The notes beneath the pieces were generated by a model. It was not told the origin of the DNA. It was given only the letters and a program-made list of their open reading frames with translations, and did not search any database. Source: Balanoglossus misakiensis (taxonomy: Eukaryota; Animalia; Hemichordata). From it: a DNA stretch of 64,000 bases. The position numbers were made by a program, and so were the translations under genes. Numbering within the stretch: position 1 is the first letter of the stretch; every line of letters begins with the position of its first letter. Below are positions 1 to 21,363 of this stretch, one piece after another. Location of the stretch: assembly GCA_040954595.2 (NCBI GenBank), contig CM082595.2, positions 3,333,943 to 3,397,942 of the forward strand, read 5' to 3'.

Positions 1-929
1 CGACTGGATGGGAACAGTGGGCGCCAACTGGAGGTGATCCTGCCTGTTACCGTTGTTTCGAAAACGAGGAGGAGTGGGAGAAAGCCAACAACATTTGCAA
101 GACGTACGGAGGATACCTGGCGTCCGTCCATAGTCGGTCAGAAAACGATCAAGTCGTGGGCGTCTGCGCGGGAGAATACAACCTCTGGATTGGATTTAAC
201 GACAAGGCTTGGGTAAGACACGACCCTAAGATTATTCTCTTGCTATAGGTAAGGTATTTTGCTGTCCTTAAGACAGCCTGAGGCTGTAAACCAGTTTGAT
301 TGTACTGTAAGTCCAATTTTCGGACGCACTGCGCATGCGAGATGACGCAAATTGGCATAACAGCGATCCAGCGCGTATATACTAGTATACCAGGCACTAA
401 AATGATATCACGACGCAAGTAAAGCTGAAAATAGCTGGAAACATAGGTGGTATCCTCCACTTCATCGTGTTAATTCTGTAAGGCAAACGTGGGAAAGCCA
501 TTGACAATACTATGAAACCGCAAACAGCGGGAAATAAACAGAGAGTCGGCCTACACTTTCAAGATTCAGAGGATGACGATACTTTCGCAAGTACAAGTAA
601 TATTGTTTCGTGTTGTTGTTGTTGACGTTGTTGACCACAGGAAGGTGACTGGGTGTGGTCAGATCAATCATCTGTTGTTTACACCAACTGGGATTCAGGG
701 GAACCTGACACTTCATCCAGTGGTCTTATTGACACCGACGTGCACTGTGCTCTTCAGCGTAATGAAGGAGCACTGCCGGGCGTAGGTTAGCATGACTATA
801 AAGTGGCTGTTGTTGGGTTGACTGTAAACTGGTGGCGGATGATGGTGACTGTACGTTAAATAGTCAGTTGTGTGTTGTTGTTGTTGTTGTTGGTGTTGTT
901 GTTGTTGTTGTTGTTGTTGTTGGTGGTGG

Positions 930-960
<31 letters not shown>

Positions 961-1285
961 GGTGGTGGTGGTGGTGGTGGTGGTGGTGTCGTCGACGTCG
1001 ACGAGGAGAGGGATAGAGGACAATCGTTTCGTTTTTGGTGGTGTTGGTAGTGGTGGTGGTGGTTACGGTATGCTAAAAAGTGGTGGTGATTCGGTGTTAC
1101 TTGTTCTGGTGGGTATAGTATGGCGTTGTAATAATCTGGCTGTTGTTGTGGTGGTGGTAAATGCAGTTTTGTCTTACACTTGTGATACTTGACTTTGAAT
1201 CTCTTCAAACACAGGCCTTGCGTGGGAGGATGAACAATGTACTGACAAGCACAGATTCACTTGCAAAGTGAATCTCATTCAGTAG
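1..1285 (+). CDS. C-type lectin domain protein, 3' portion (exons <1-212, 641-785, 1215-1285)
   Basis: Spliced translation TGWEQW...CYRCFENEEEWEKANNICKTYGGYLASVHSRSENDQV...LWIGFNDKAW|EGDWVWSDQSSVVYTNWDSGEPD...HCALQ...|LAWEDEQCTDKHRFTCKVNLIQ*. It shows the canonical CTLD WIG motif and Cys spacing. The GT-AG introns are phase-consistent. Confidence 0.93.
873..987. repeat. (GTT)n/(GGT)n microsatellite in lectin intron
   Basis: Trinucleotide tract visible directly. Confidence 0.95.
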
Positions 1286-3153
1286 CTCCATCAGGTATTT
1301 AAGCTCAATAGTCTTTTCAAGAGCTCACCACAACTTGGTGGTACATTGTATGTGGCCAAATTGTCCAGGGCCAATCGCCATACAGGCACTGTTGAATACA
1401 CAGCAAGATAACATACCCCATTCTTCATCATTGGCATGATTAAAGCTTATGATCACCTAGAGACACAACGCCTAGAAAAACACGTGGCCAAGGTGTTTGT
1501 GTGACAATATTTACCAGTAAACCAGTCCAATTTTTCTTTTCTTCTGATAGTTACTTTATTTTATTTTCCCAGGCAGCGTCATAGAGTTCCCGTTGTCGAA
1601 TTCGTTTCATGAATATTTCGATTTTGTTTGTGAAACAGTGTCGTCGATATTTTTAAAACTGGTGGTCGAATAAAAGTAAATCTGCACATCAATGTGTGTC
1701 CGTCAATCCGATGACAAATATAACGGGAGCGTCACACCTTAAGTGTTATAGAAGACTAAAAGCACACTGGGAACAGAAAAAACAAGGCATCTAACGACGC
1801 TTTGATTTTCAAATGATATTGTTTTTTATTTCCTTGTAAATGATGTAGTCTGTACTCCTGTTGTTCAGAATTAGATCACAACATACAACTCAGTAATGCA
1901 CGCTGAATAAAAGCACTCTGTACAAACTCGAGACGTTAATCGAGAGAAACATCCTACACGAACTCAAGAGGGCGTGCTACTTATGCACCCTCGTGATAGA
2001 AGCGTATTTACAGCCCGTCAAAAATAGCACAGTAAATGCTGCTAAGTTAAAATACACGAATCTCACTGTTACAAAAATACTCAAACAGTAAAGAACAAAA
2101 CGCCTCTAAAAGATCTGCTTTTCTGTGTGTAAAATATACATGAAAAAAACTAACCCATTTTCAAATCAACATTTAATGTGTCACGTGATTAGCAAGTAAT
2201 TTAATTACTTAAAAATAAATAAATATATACATATATTTTATGATGTTGTTCTGTTCGAATTGAAAAATAGAATATTAGTTGAGTCTATCATTTTTTTAAA
2301 AAGAAAACGTATCAAGCAGATTGTGAGAAAAGTTTTTTCATTTGACTGTAATTCGATCGATTTTTTAAGCTGGCGTTAACGACTGACATCTTTACATCAA
2401 GGATAATCATAGTGAAATAAATAAATTGGACCAAAATACTTCAACATCAAGGCAATATTCTCACGTATACGCCAATTTCCTAAGTACAACACACTTGATA
2501 AATACTGAAATATCTTTTGAAGTTCTGAAATAATTTAGATGAGCTTTAAGCTACTCGCATTGAGTAAAAACGAAGGGCGTTACGTTTTCTATAAGGCCCG
2601 CTTATACAGCCCCACCGCGCGATGGTTTAACCTTTCAAATTTGTGTATTGCACATTCGCCGACAAATTCCCTCCCTTCGTTTTTCTTATTGGTTGTACCT
2701 AGTCGACACCAAACAGTTGGAACAAGAGGCAGAATCGAAAGAAATAGTTTCATGGCCATCAAAAGAAAACAACAATATATGTAAAAATCAGGAAAAGGAC
2801 AATATTCTAACTTATGTTTAGACTTCTAAATTAATAACTGTAGCAACGGGTTGATAGCAAGGTCACGGTAATACAAGTCAAGATTTGTATGAAACTAGAA
2901 AAGGTGCAGAGTTGAACAATAATTTGAACTTTTCGTGTCGTTTACAAGGATGGGCCATGTGTTGTTTGTCCTGTGTCACCTGAGAATGTCCTCTCATATA
3001 AACTGCCTAGCCACGCGAGATCTCGTAGGGTCTCGTGGCGTTCGGAAAGTGGTCTATTTGTGACAACCAATTTGGAGAAATTCAGATTAGGATTATTCCC
3101 GGCGACCCCCTAACGGCAGTAACTGATGACGTCAGTGGACAGACATCATCCAA

Positions 3154-11721
<8,568 letters not shown>

Positions 11722-11821
11722 CAGTCCTGGTAGAAATTGCACTGGGCTGGGATATGCTTGATGTCTCGACGGTCCAATCGTCTCAGTTGAAGTGAGCTGC
11801 TAACATCCCTCAGCGCTGGGC

Positions 11822-11880
11822 TTTATAGAACACGGAAAACAATGATAAGGGGGTTTGACCACCGATGATCTCTCAGATAA
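11822..11880 (-). promoter_or_regulatory. Putative core promoter of the carotenoid oxygenase: TATA box plus GATA-like sites
   Basis: TATAAA on the minus strand at 11827-11822, about 100 nt upstream of the ATG. TGATAA and AGATAA elements lie at about 11843 and 11875. Confidence 0.55.
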
Positions 11881-14800
11881 CTTCCGGGGGCAGAAACCGT
11901 CTCTCCCTTTCATAAAACGCGGCGTATTGTCATGCTATTGTCTTTTTTGGCGAGGATCAAGGCGAGCGGAGCAACCCCCGTTGTGATTCGTGGCCTCTGT
12001 TTGAATGAGCTTGGCATTGGACTTAACCGAGTCCTTGTAGAAACGCGGAGATATGCCACTGTCGCGGTACGCGGCACATGGCGCGGACGTCATGATAGCT
12101 AAGTAGCGCTGAATACAAAAAAAAGTTTTGCATCAACATTTGTAAAGGATATGAAACGAAAGACCAATGAAGGCGGACCCTGCTTTTCACCCCCGGTAGG
12201 AACCTTGACCCCGGAGGTGGCCACGGCTTTTGTGATTGGTCCACCGGCACAACTTTTCTTCTGAAGGCAGGCTGGCCGATTGGGTGTTGATTTACAAGGA
12301 GTGAAATACTATCGTGACGTGTAAGATTTAGTTGAAATTAATGATTCCCCCCCCCCCTCGGACGATAGCCGGTGACAGCGACCAGCCTTGCCGCCGGACG
12401 CAACGAATCAGTCCTCAGTCTAACAGCAAGTCTCGAAGACGAAATATGGACTCATCTCGACTTCTAGTAGCCGAAACCTCTCAACAAACAGCCGATGAAA
12501 GTGACTCAACATGCATATCGTCGATTCCACCGGGAGATACCGACCACAAAAATGTACCACATTTAATTGATACGGGAATCTTAGGTCCATTGTGTGCCTG
12601 ATAGGTTCCATTCGCTTCACGCGTCGGCCAAAGCAAGAAAACCCTATACAAGCCGAATATTATGTCCAAATAAATATTAAAAACCGATATTCGTGGTTCA
12701 TATTAGATAATCTTCACCGCGTACCACACTCTCCCCGTTTGCGCTTGAAATCCAGTACCCATACCACCTGCTCTTGAACTACATCATATATACCAGATTT
12801 CGCTGCATGAGAGTTTCCTGATGCTACTAGCAGACAGTTTACGCAGACAAGACACACTTGAAAGTGTACTACCAGTTGAGAACGCGCCTTGAGAGTATTT
12901 AAAACAGGCCGGTGATTGAAAAAGGACCATGTGGTGACCTCTCTATCGGAGCCTCCCCGTGTCGCACCGGCAAGGCCAGTGAGAAGCAGCTACGCAGGAA
13001 AGAAATAAGCCGGCTGTCACGTGCGCCCCAAAACTGGATCAGCTGATAACATACACTTGGTGTAAGACGTCCCTGCCTTAATGGATACCCCCCTCCTAAC
13101 TTTTGGAGCGTTGCGAACGGCTGATTTCATCAGCAACCGGCTGGACTCTGACGATTGTACGGTCACCCGTTTTCCACAGCGCCGTTCACACTCACAGAGC
13201 TCTGACTTATCCGGCTCGTCACAACACTTAAGTACACTGTGACCTTACGTGGGAGAAAATCCCCCCAAGTCCAAAGAAAAGTCTGTGAGGCAAACATTAA
13301 AGCGACTGGTCTATTGAAGTCACTCAGTTTATAACGTGCTGACGACCTTCCCCCCCCCCCCCAAACCTGGTGACGCAATCGGCCAACCACGCGGTTTTTG
13401 CACTTGACACATGACTTCAACAATATCTGCGTGATTAACAGGTTGAGTGTTAAAGCAATGTTGGCTTTCCCAGACAACTCAAATTTACCTGCCAGGGAGA
13501 ATGCCAAAAACTCGTTTACTTCAATCCAACCACGCACAGACTCAACCTACACCAGTTTGTTAAAGTATGTCAAACCAACTTGGGGCAACGGCCGAAGTTG
13601 ACCAACGACATTGAGACAGAAAAAATGGCTGCAAATAAGTCGGCTACGTGATGATGCGGGGCAACGTCCGACCTTCAATCGGAATTTGACCTCAGTATTT
13701 CGATATCCACAGACGAAAAAAACAAGATAGTTTGACCTAAATTATGAATTGCTGGTCCTCTTGATAAATTAGTGACTGGGTGTCTTATTGGGGAGGCGGA
13801 AAAGGATGTGGCACGCGCGATCTGTAACACTCCGAGTATTGACTCAATCTATAGCGTCTTGTGTTACTTGTGGGGTGAAACTGTAACGGTCTACTGTATA
13901 CAATCATTAAGTCATAAATGCGCTACCAATTGGTCTCATTGTTCTCTGTGGTAAATTTTTGGATGCTTTTCTCAAACGTAAAAGAAAAGAAAGGTCATAT
14001 TTAGATTAGAAGGAGCCCTTTGTCCAATTGGCTCTACAGCCGCAATCTGATGAAAAAACTGGCAGATGTGCCATTATCATCATATGTAGTTTGTCTCAAG
14101 TCAGTGCGTTAACTGGTCGTGACATTGGAGTAGAACTCATCTGTCATGCGCACTATATACACATTGCGGTGTATCATCCATGCTTCGGGCGTGATACCCG
14201 AATGATGATGTTATCTCTCGTGTGGTGCGGCGGGGCCATTGGCTGACGGACGATTGGCCTGGCCGTCCTGTGTGCCCCAGATGTGATTCTCACCTGCGCA
14301 CGTGACACGTGCGAGGAAGTTTCCGCGCGAGCTTTGTCCACTGAAATCACAGTTCTCCCTACTTTAGATAGGTTTTTTGGCAACCTGGGTGAGTGATGAA
14401 CATCTCAATATGGTCGACACAATTTCAAGATGGCCGGATTTTGCCATGTTGAAAAATGAACGTTCATAAGCCAAAAGTGGGTCATTTTGTAACAGAAAAA
14501 TAACAAACGTGGAAAAAGTTGAATGAGTTTAATATGCTAACTATAAAGACGTGGACAGTGTTTCTGGCCAATCGTCGCGATGACCATAGAGTGTTAACAA
14601 CAAATAAAAAATGTATGGCCTACACTCGAGTGGTTTCCGAAAACACCAGTCAGCCAAAAATTATTTTGGCGGGTAAAACATCCGACATAGCTCCGGTTCA
14701 CTGCGGACACAATTTACACAGTCACCCGACGACCGCAAGTTGCCTTCCCGTGAACTCTTGCGGATATAGAATATAGGGGCAAGTGGTTTATTTAAACAAT

Positions 14801-17800
14801 TTCGATGGCAGCGGGCTTTTGCCCATGGCGCGTGTAGAAGGAGCTGAGTTTTCATCTATCTTTGCGATCATATTAGTCGTGACAGGCAGACTTATTTTTT
14901 CCAGTGTCAGATTCCCGGGACTTGGAGACACCAGTCCGTTTCATCATCGTTTGTGGCAATCGCTGCCCAGATTAGAGAATTTCGCAAAAACTGGTGAATG
15001 TGCACGTGATCTGATCGCGAATTATTGTAAACATATAATAGCACATTGCATAGCTATAATCTAATAGCGATTAGTCCAAAAAGACGAACGAACACATACC
15101 TCGTATTTGGCATAAGTTTTTTTTGGGAAATGTTTAGTGATGATGACGTCGTGATGACGATGTGATGACTGCTAGTATATAACCAGGCCAGGGATAGTGA
15201 CGTCTGCGACGACGGGAGTAGAGTTTGCGAGTTTCTGTGAGAGACGAGAAGTGGTTATATACTTTGCCAGAGATGGAGAACATTCAATATAGCCGGCGCA
15301 AATGTCATAAAGCACGTTTCGTTTTCCTTGTTGAGCACGCTCGTGGAGGGACCGTGATAACGAGTGTTCTTACACCGTGAAGTAAATCACAAACGCATCC
15401 GAGAGACGCAGAAAGCAGAGTGGCTGGTTCGCGACCGGCACACATTTGCAACCCGAACCGAGTGTTGACTGGGTCGTTCCCGGTATCACTTTCGAATAGA
15501 CGGAATGCCGCGAAAAAACAACAGCCTTCGCTTTGGTAAACAATTTCTGCCAACCCCGTTTTCTGATTTGCGCGGTAACTTCACGCACGGGGGAATGAAT
15601 AACAAGCCAATTTGGAACGATTACATGTACTTTGGAAAAAAAGTGCACCTCAAAAGTGTTGTTAAGAAATATATATCCTGTTTGGCCTTGATCAATGCCC
15701 GGATCTGTATGCAACACGCGTACAAGAATCAAGCCTATACACGAGGCCCAATAAATCTTACCAAGGCACGAAGTGGTTACTCAATCGAGTCATAAACGTA
15801 CACATGCAATAAGCCTTGGCACCTTGACCCCCCAGTTACTTAACTCCTATACAGGTCAAATCATCCGGGGCACTAGAAGTAGCGTTGCTTAACTTAGCAA
15901 TGCTATTGTATATGGTGTATTTTTGCAGGGATTTGGTAATAGGTTAGTTTGTGCGGAGCCCCAAGGCTTAGCGATTCTCAGTTTACGTGCAATCAGAATA
16001 CTGCTGCGCATGTCACACAGGACACCATATGTTAGAATATGTCTTACATATCTCCGAACGGTTCGTGCGCAACGAATGTTCGGTGTCAGTATTCGGTTGT
16101 TTTTTTAATAATCCCCGAGATACCTTTTGCCAGAATCAGGAAAAATTATGGGATTTACTGTTCCAGGTATAAATCAAAACCATATTATTATTTTGACTCA
16201 GAGATTAACTGTAAAGATTTACTTATTCACGATATTTGATTAAGAAATAGAAGTCTCCATAACTTAGTTGATATCGATGAACATTAAGTCACTCTCAAAT
16301 TGATTTTTTGGACTAAATGTCGTTTGTGGGGTCTTACGGTGGCTGGAAGCGTTGTCCTGAAGGTTAGCAGAAATTATGAAAGCAAGCTTTCGTAGGTAAC
16401 TGCGCAACTGCGAATCCACAGTCGGTATGTCTTACAGCAAACAGATCAAAGTGGTCGCCTTTTGAAATCGAGTATTTGGCCAAGGATAAAACCTTGGACT
16501 CTGCACAAACAAGCGGAAACAATTTGTCATTGAGCAGACAGCTGTGCGCAGGCGACTAGTAGTCGAGTTTTGTTTTCTTCAAAGTGAAATTTTATCAGTA
16601 AAACTGCCCTTTGCACATATCCATGCTTTGGTGAATATTTGGAATAATTTAAATATGCTTTAGCGAGTAGAACAAGAACGTTTTTTTCGCAGGCGAAAAT
16701 AACCAAAAACAGCTTCTGTCCCATAAAGAAGTCGAACATGAGACTGCATTTGATTGACAGAACAAAACTACTGAAACAAGTCAAAGTTACAGCTAATGGG
16801 ACTTTAAGACACGTGGAAACATTCTGGACGCTGTACTATACGCAGACGACCAGATTTTGTTTGTCAGAATATCTACGTAAACATGTTTACGTCTTTGCAC
16901 GGAAAACAGAACAACATGCGTGGCGCGTGCGTTTGCGCGTTCCTGGCGCGCACCAGCCCACTAGATTAATACCCCAACTACCATCTTTGGTGGAATTCTT
17001 GCAAACTGTCTTTGCAGCGGGGTTGTTTGAGGTTTTGTTTTTGGTGATCGAGGCTTTGTTGCCTCAAAGCAGCTGCTGTCAGTGTCCCAGGGCATTTTAG
17101 CGACCGAGAAGTTCCCGAGACCCTGGACAGGAGGTCCCAGGCCAGTAAAACAGTTTGTGAGATTAGGGTCACAGCCATTATAAGTCCGAACAAAATGATC
17201 CCCCCACCACCGTTGACTGCCTTATGTTATTTATGTACTTTTTATTGACTTCAATAGTAAGACGTTGGTCGTCGATCTGGAGCAGGCGTTCACCTCTCCC
17301 TATGCTGCAGATCTTGTAGGTCAAACTCCTTTCAACGCACACGCAGTCTCGCCAATTTCACTTTATTTCGCGTCGACGTCTCTCTCGGTACGTCCACTAT
17401 AGCGACCGGATTACCGCATTGAGATTATCGTCTATTAAGTCATTTTATTTTGCTGTCATCTGGTGTTTCGGTGTTCCTTTCCTTCATTCTCTTCTGGAGA
17501 TACCCCGGTAGTAATTGAACGATTTCTGAAATTGTCTGCAATCTAGGCCTACCACCTGGACAACAGACATGCGCGTTGATGGAATTGAGTTTTGCGACAC
17601 GGCGTGCCTTGGGACTCGGATAATCAAAGAAGGTTGCGTTTCATTGTGCTATTAAGAAACATCTTCTCTAGTGGAATTCGTGAGATTTTTTCAGCATGGT
17701 GAAGAAATAGGTCACTGTGCCCGTCGATATCTATTGTGTTCTAAAACAGTTACGCATGCGTGAGGAAGGTGTACTTTCGCATGCCAGTGCGCACGTAAAA

Positions 17801-20619
17801 TACATCTTCGCTGATCGAATGATTTTTATATATATTTGTGCAAGGACTTATATATATATTAGCTCTAGGAATCTGTCTGAACGGTTTATTGGAGAAAAAC
17901 CCAAATGGTTGGCTGTGCATCGCATTTCTCGTTAATCAAAATTGTGACAACCCTGGGGATATGTTTCTGAATATGCCTGGCCTACCATATGCTATAACAA
18001 TACCCCATTGTTAAAAATAAAACCACAGCAAATGTGCGCTCACCGCTCGATTGCACAACGAGAGTGTTAACCAGACGAGAAATATGCAGACCAACTCCGA
18101 CGCAAAACACGCAATGTGTATTGAAAAGAGTTTGACGCTCGCTGATCACCTTGATAAGCTAACTTACATTTGACACAAGGACTCGCTCCACTAAGAGGGC
18201 GATCGATAAGGAAAAATGGGCGGCCTCGACTCGCCTCGAAAACTGCACGTGTAACACGTAATTGCCTTGATGTGACAGAGAATGTCTGTTTTTTTACATA
18301 AGGAAAACTGCACTGACCAACACTGCACCAACATGCGTGTAGGAAAATTTTCTTGCAGTGATGTCATCCAATATACAGGTTTGCAAACGCAGCAAACCGA
18401 TAACACTATTGGCCGGGCTTATCGAAGACATGCTGTGTCTCACGTTTTGACTTCAATAAGAGACTAATTAACACAGACTGTCAACAAGAATATCAGACAA
18501 AGCAAATAGCCTTTCTAGTCTCTGCCAAATCTGCCCGCATCTCTTGGGAGTTCAGACGAGGCCAGGCTTTAGTCTTCTTCTGACAAATGGTATTTGTCGT
18601 CTGCAACCCCGATATGAATTTATCAGTTGATCTTGGTGATAGGTAACTATAATCGCACTTGATGAGCGAGAATCGAAGCTTTTTCACATGCGAAGTGGAG
18701 AAGCCGTTTACATCGATGAGATGAACGCCTTTTCTGTTATTTGCGGTGATTATTAGAAATAGTACTGAAGTCACCCAGCACCACTTCCGATGTGTCGGTG
18801 ATCGCTACCGACTGCGCGACTATCGTACGTTCGTCAGATCCGCCAATATCTTGTCAAAACTAACAACAGCGAAAAATACAAAACATAAAAACAAAAAAGA
18901 AACACAAACAAAACAGACAACAGACATGTTATCTTTCCCTGTGCACGTGAGGGCCGCACTTAATAGCTGCGTTGGTGTTTGATCGATTGAGCTCACTGCT
19001 CCCACTCATTATTCATCTACACATCAAAATAATAGGCACTGTTGTGACTACATCATAGTGTTCTTTCGTTAGGTTTACGCTTCTGAATTCTAGTACGGAT
19101 TGTGTTATGATAACGATTACACTGGTTATCTCTGGCACCCCTCCTCCTTCGAAAATAACAATTATCAAATTCTTTCTGTCAATTTATTTCTCTGATCAGG
19201 GCCGGGTGTCTTCTTGTCCGCCCTTGCCCCTGTCTGTCTCCTCGTCTCTGTCCGCCTCTCTCTGCTTCTGTATCCCCCTCCCCTTCCCCCTCAAGCCTCT
19301 TCAACTGCTTTTACTCAACGACACATCATAGCAGATTGTGCGAGTTCCGTTAGATTTGCAAAAACACAAGGTTTCATATGTCATCACAACCGTAGGTCAA
19401 TGTTCGCGGTTCAACCGTCCTGGATATAAATACTAGGGTTAAAGTAAGTAGGTCACTTCAGGTTTTTGTTTGTTTCGAAATTGCAGTACACCAAGTATCC
19501 ACATCGAGTCTGCGAACTCTTTGCTGTTAAGAGAACGACGTGTTTTTTCACCATGATGACAGCAACGAAATTTAATGTTCAGTATCTTTCCTAGCCTCGT
19601 ACGGTATCTGTATCCAAACACCAACTTCTGTAGGACCTCTTAAGGTTGTGCAAAATTCATGAAACTGTGTAATGATGGCAGTGATGGAAAAGGTGGCGGG
19701 TTTGTAGGTTGTGGTGGTGGTAGTTAGGGTGGTGATGGCGGTTGTGATGGTGGTGGTGGTGGTGGTTGTTGGCGGAGGTTGTTTTACTGTGGTGGTGATG
19801 GTAGGACAGCGGTGGTGGTGGTAATAATGATGATGACGATCAGAAGCAGTAGTTGTTGTAGTCAACGACAGTCGGATACACTTTGATGGTAGCTCTGTTT
19901 GGTGCAGTAAGGCAACCAATGCATATTGTACCACAAGTGTAGCTAGGTGCAGTGGGCAATCATTTTCCACCATTTGTTGGCTTTCGTGGTCATTCAACAG
20001 ACAAAACAGATCGGAATGAAGTATTGCTAGGAATTGTCTCTTCACGGTGGATGCCAAAGTGAGCAACTTTGGCCAATTCAGTAGCATTGTTATGCGACCA
20101 CTGTTTCATGTAAATATTACGCATATTAAAAAAGAATGGCTTTATGTTCTTCATTGGATGTCCACAGTGTATTGCGCCTGGGGCTAGTGGTATGCGGGTT
20201 CAAAGGGCATCACTTGTCGCGTGGGAGTGATCTCAACTGGCTTTCAGACTGCGAATTAAAAGAGCGTTATCTCGTTTCTGGTCAAGTGACTTCAAGCACC
20301 ATTCCAACGTCGCCGCGAGAAATGCGCAGGCGCAACAAGTGAACCGGTGGCAGCCGGCCCAAGCTTGCGATATCGGTCAGTCCTGTTGAACCACTCCGAT
20401 TGTGGATGTTCCCTGTGGCTGGATTCGCGCCAAAAATGTCAGACAGAGCAGACAAATTATTGTGACCACCGACGAAAGCTAGACTAGATCAAAGACACCC
20501 GCGACCAAGTCGTTGCTACGTAAATTGATAAGCGATTTGTTATTTTAATAATCATGACAAAAATCACGACTCTTAAGCAAAGGCCAATTTATTATTTATT
20601 TATATATTTTTATTTTGCT

Positions 20620-20739
20620 ATTCATTCATTCGTTCGTTCTTTCATTCATTCATTCATTCATTCATTCATTCATTCATTCATTCATTCATTCATTCATTCA
20701 TTCAGTCAGTCAGTCAGTCAGTCAGTCAGTCAGTCAGTC
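20620..20739. repeat. Compound (TTCA)n/(TCAG)n microsatellite
   Basis: Visible directly. Confidence 0.95.
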
Positions 20740-21363
20740 TTCGATTTAGCTTAGACAACGTACAGTACATCGTGGCTTATTATTACTTTGAAACTCCTGA
20801 CACAGTAATAACGCTTTCATTCGTACATCAACAATTTCAAGTTGGATAGCCAAACGAGTGCTTCACGTTCGCGATGCCTCCCCTCTCTCTCTCTCCTCTT
20901 CCCTCCCTCCCTCTCTGTACGAAACATCAATTAGATTCTAGGTCACCAGAAAATTTGAGCCACCAATATCACTCGGCACTTGATAGTTTGTTTATTGTTG
21001 ATCCCATGCACGATCGATAGAGTGACCAGCCCGATATCATAGCATGATAATATGATTCATACATTGATATCATGAAGATCCACCATTTTGTGCACGTATC
21101 CGTACTAGTACGTACATTTATATAGACAGGATGACACCAATAATCGAAAAAGCGCCCTCAAATATCTCTCCACGTTTTACTTGTCTCATGTGTGCAACCA
21201 TAGACCCTGGAGGGTGCTACGCTCTTATTGTCGACTGATACAGTAAAAGTGCCCCATGTCTACTGCTTATTTGGTAGGTCACGGCCTTCGCGCACTTATT
21301 CCCGGACAAGAGCGTTCTGGGCACCTGGGCAGACGCTCTTACTGACGGGTGATAGACAGTTGC

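Noticed and set aside
18493-18774. 93-aa minus-strand ORF that could be a terminal exon
   Set aside because: No recognisable motif and no partner exons found.
19572-20087. 171-aa Thr-rich mucin-like ORF
   Set aside because: Largely a degenerate (ACC)n tract, with no recognisable domain or supporting exon structure.
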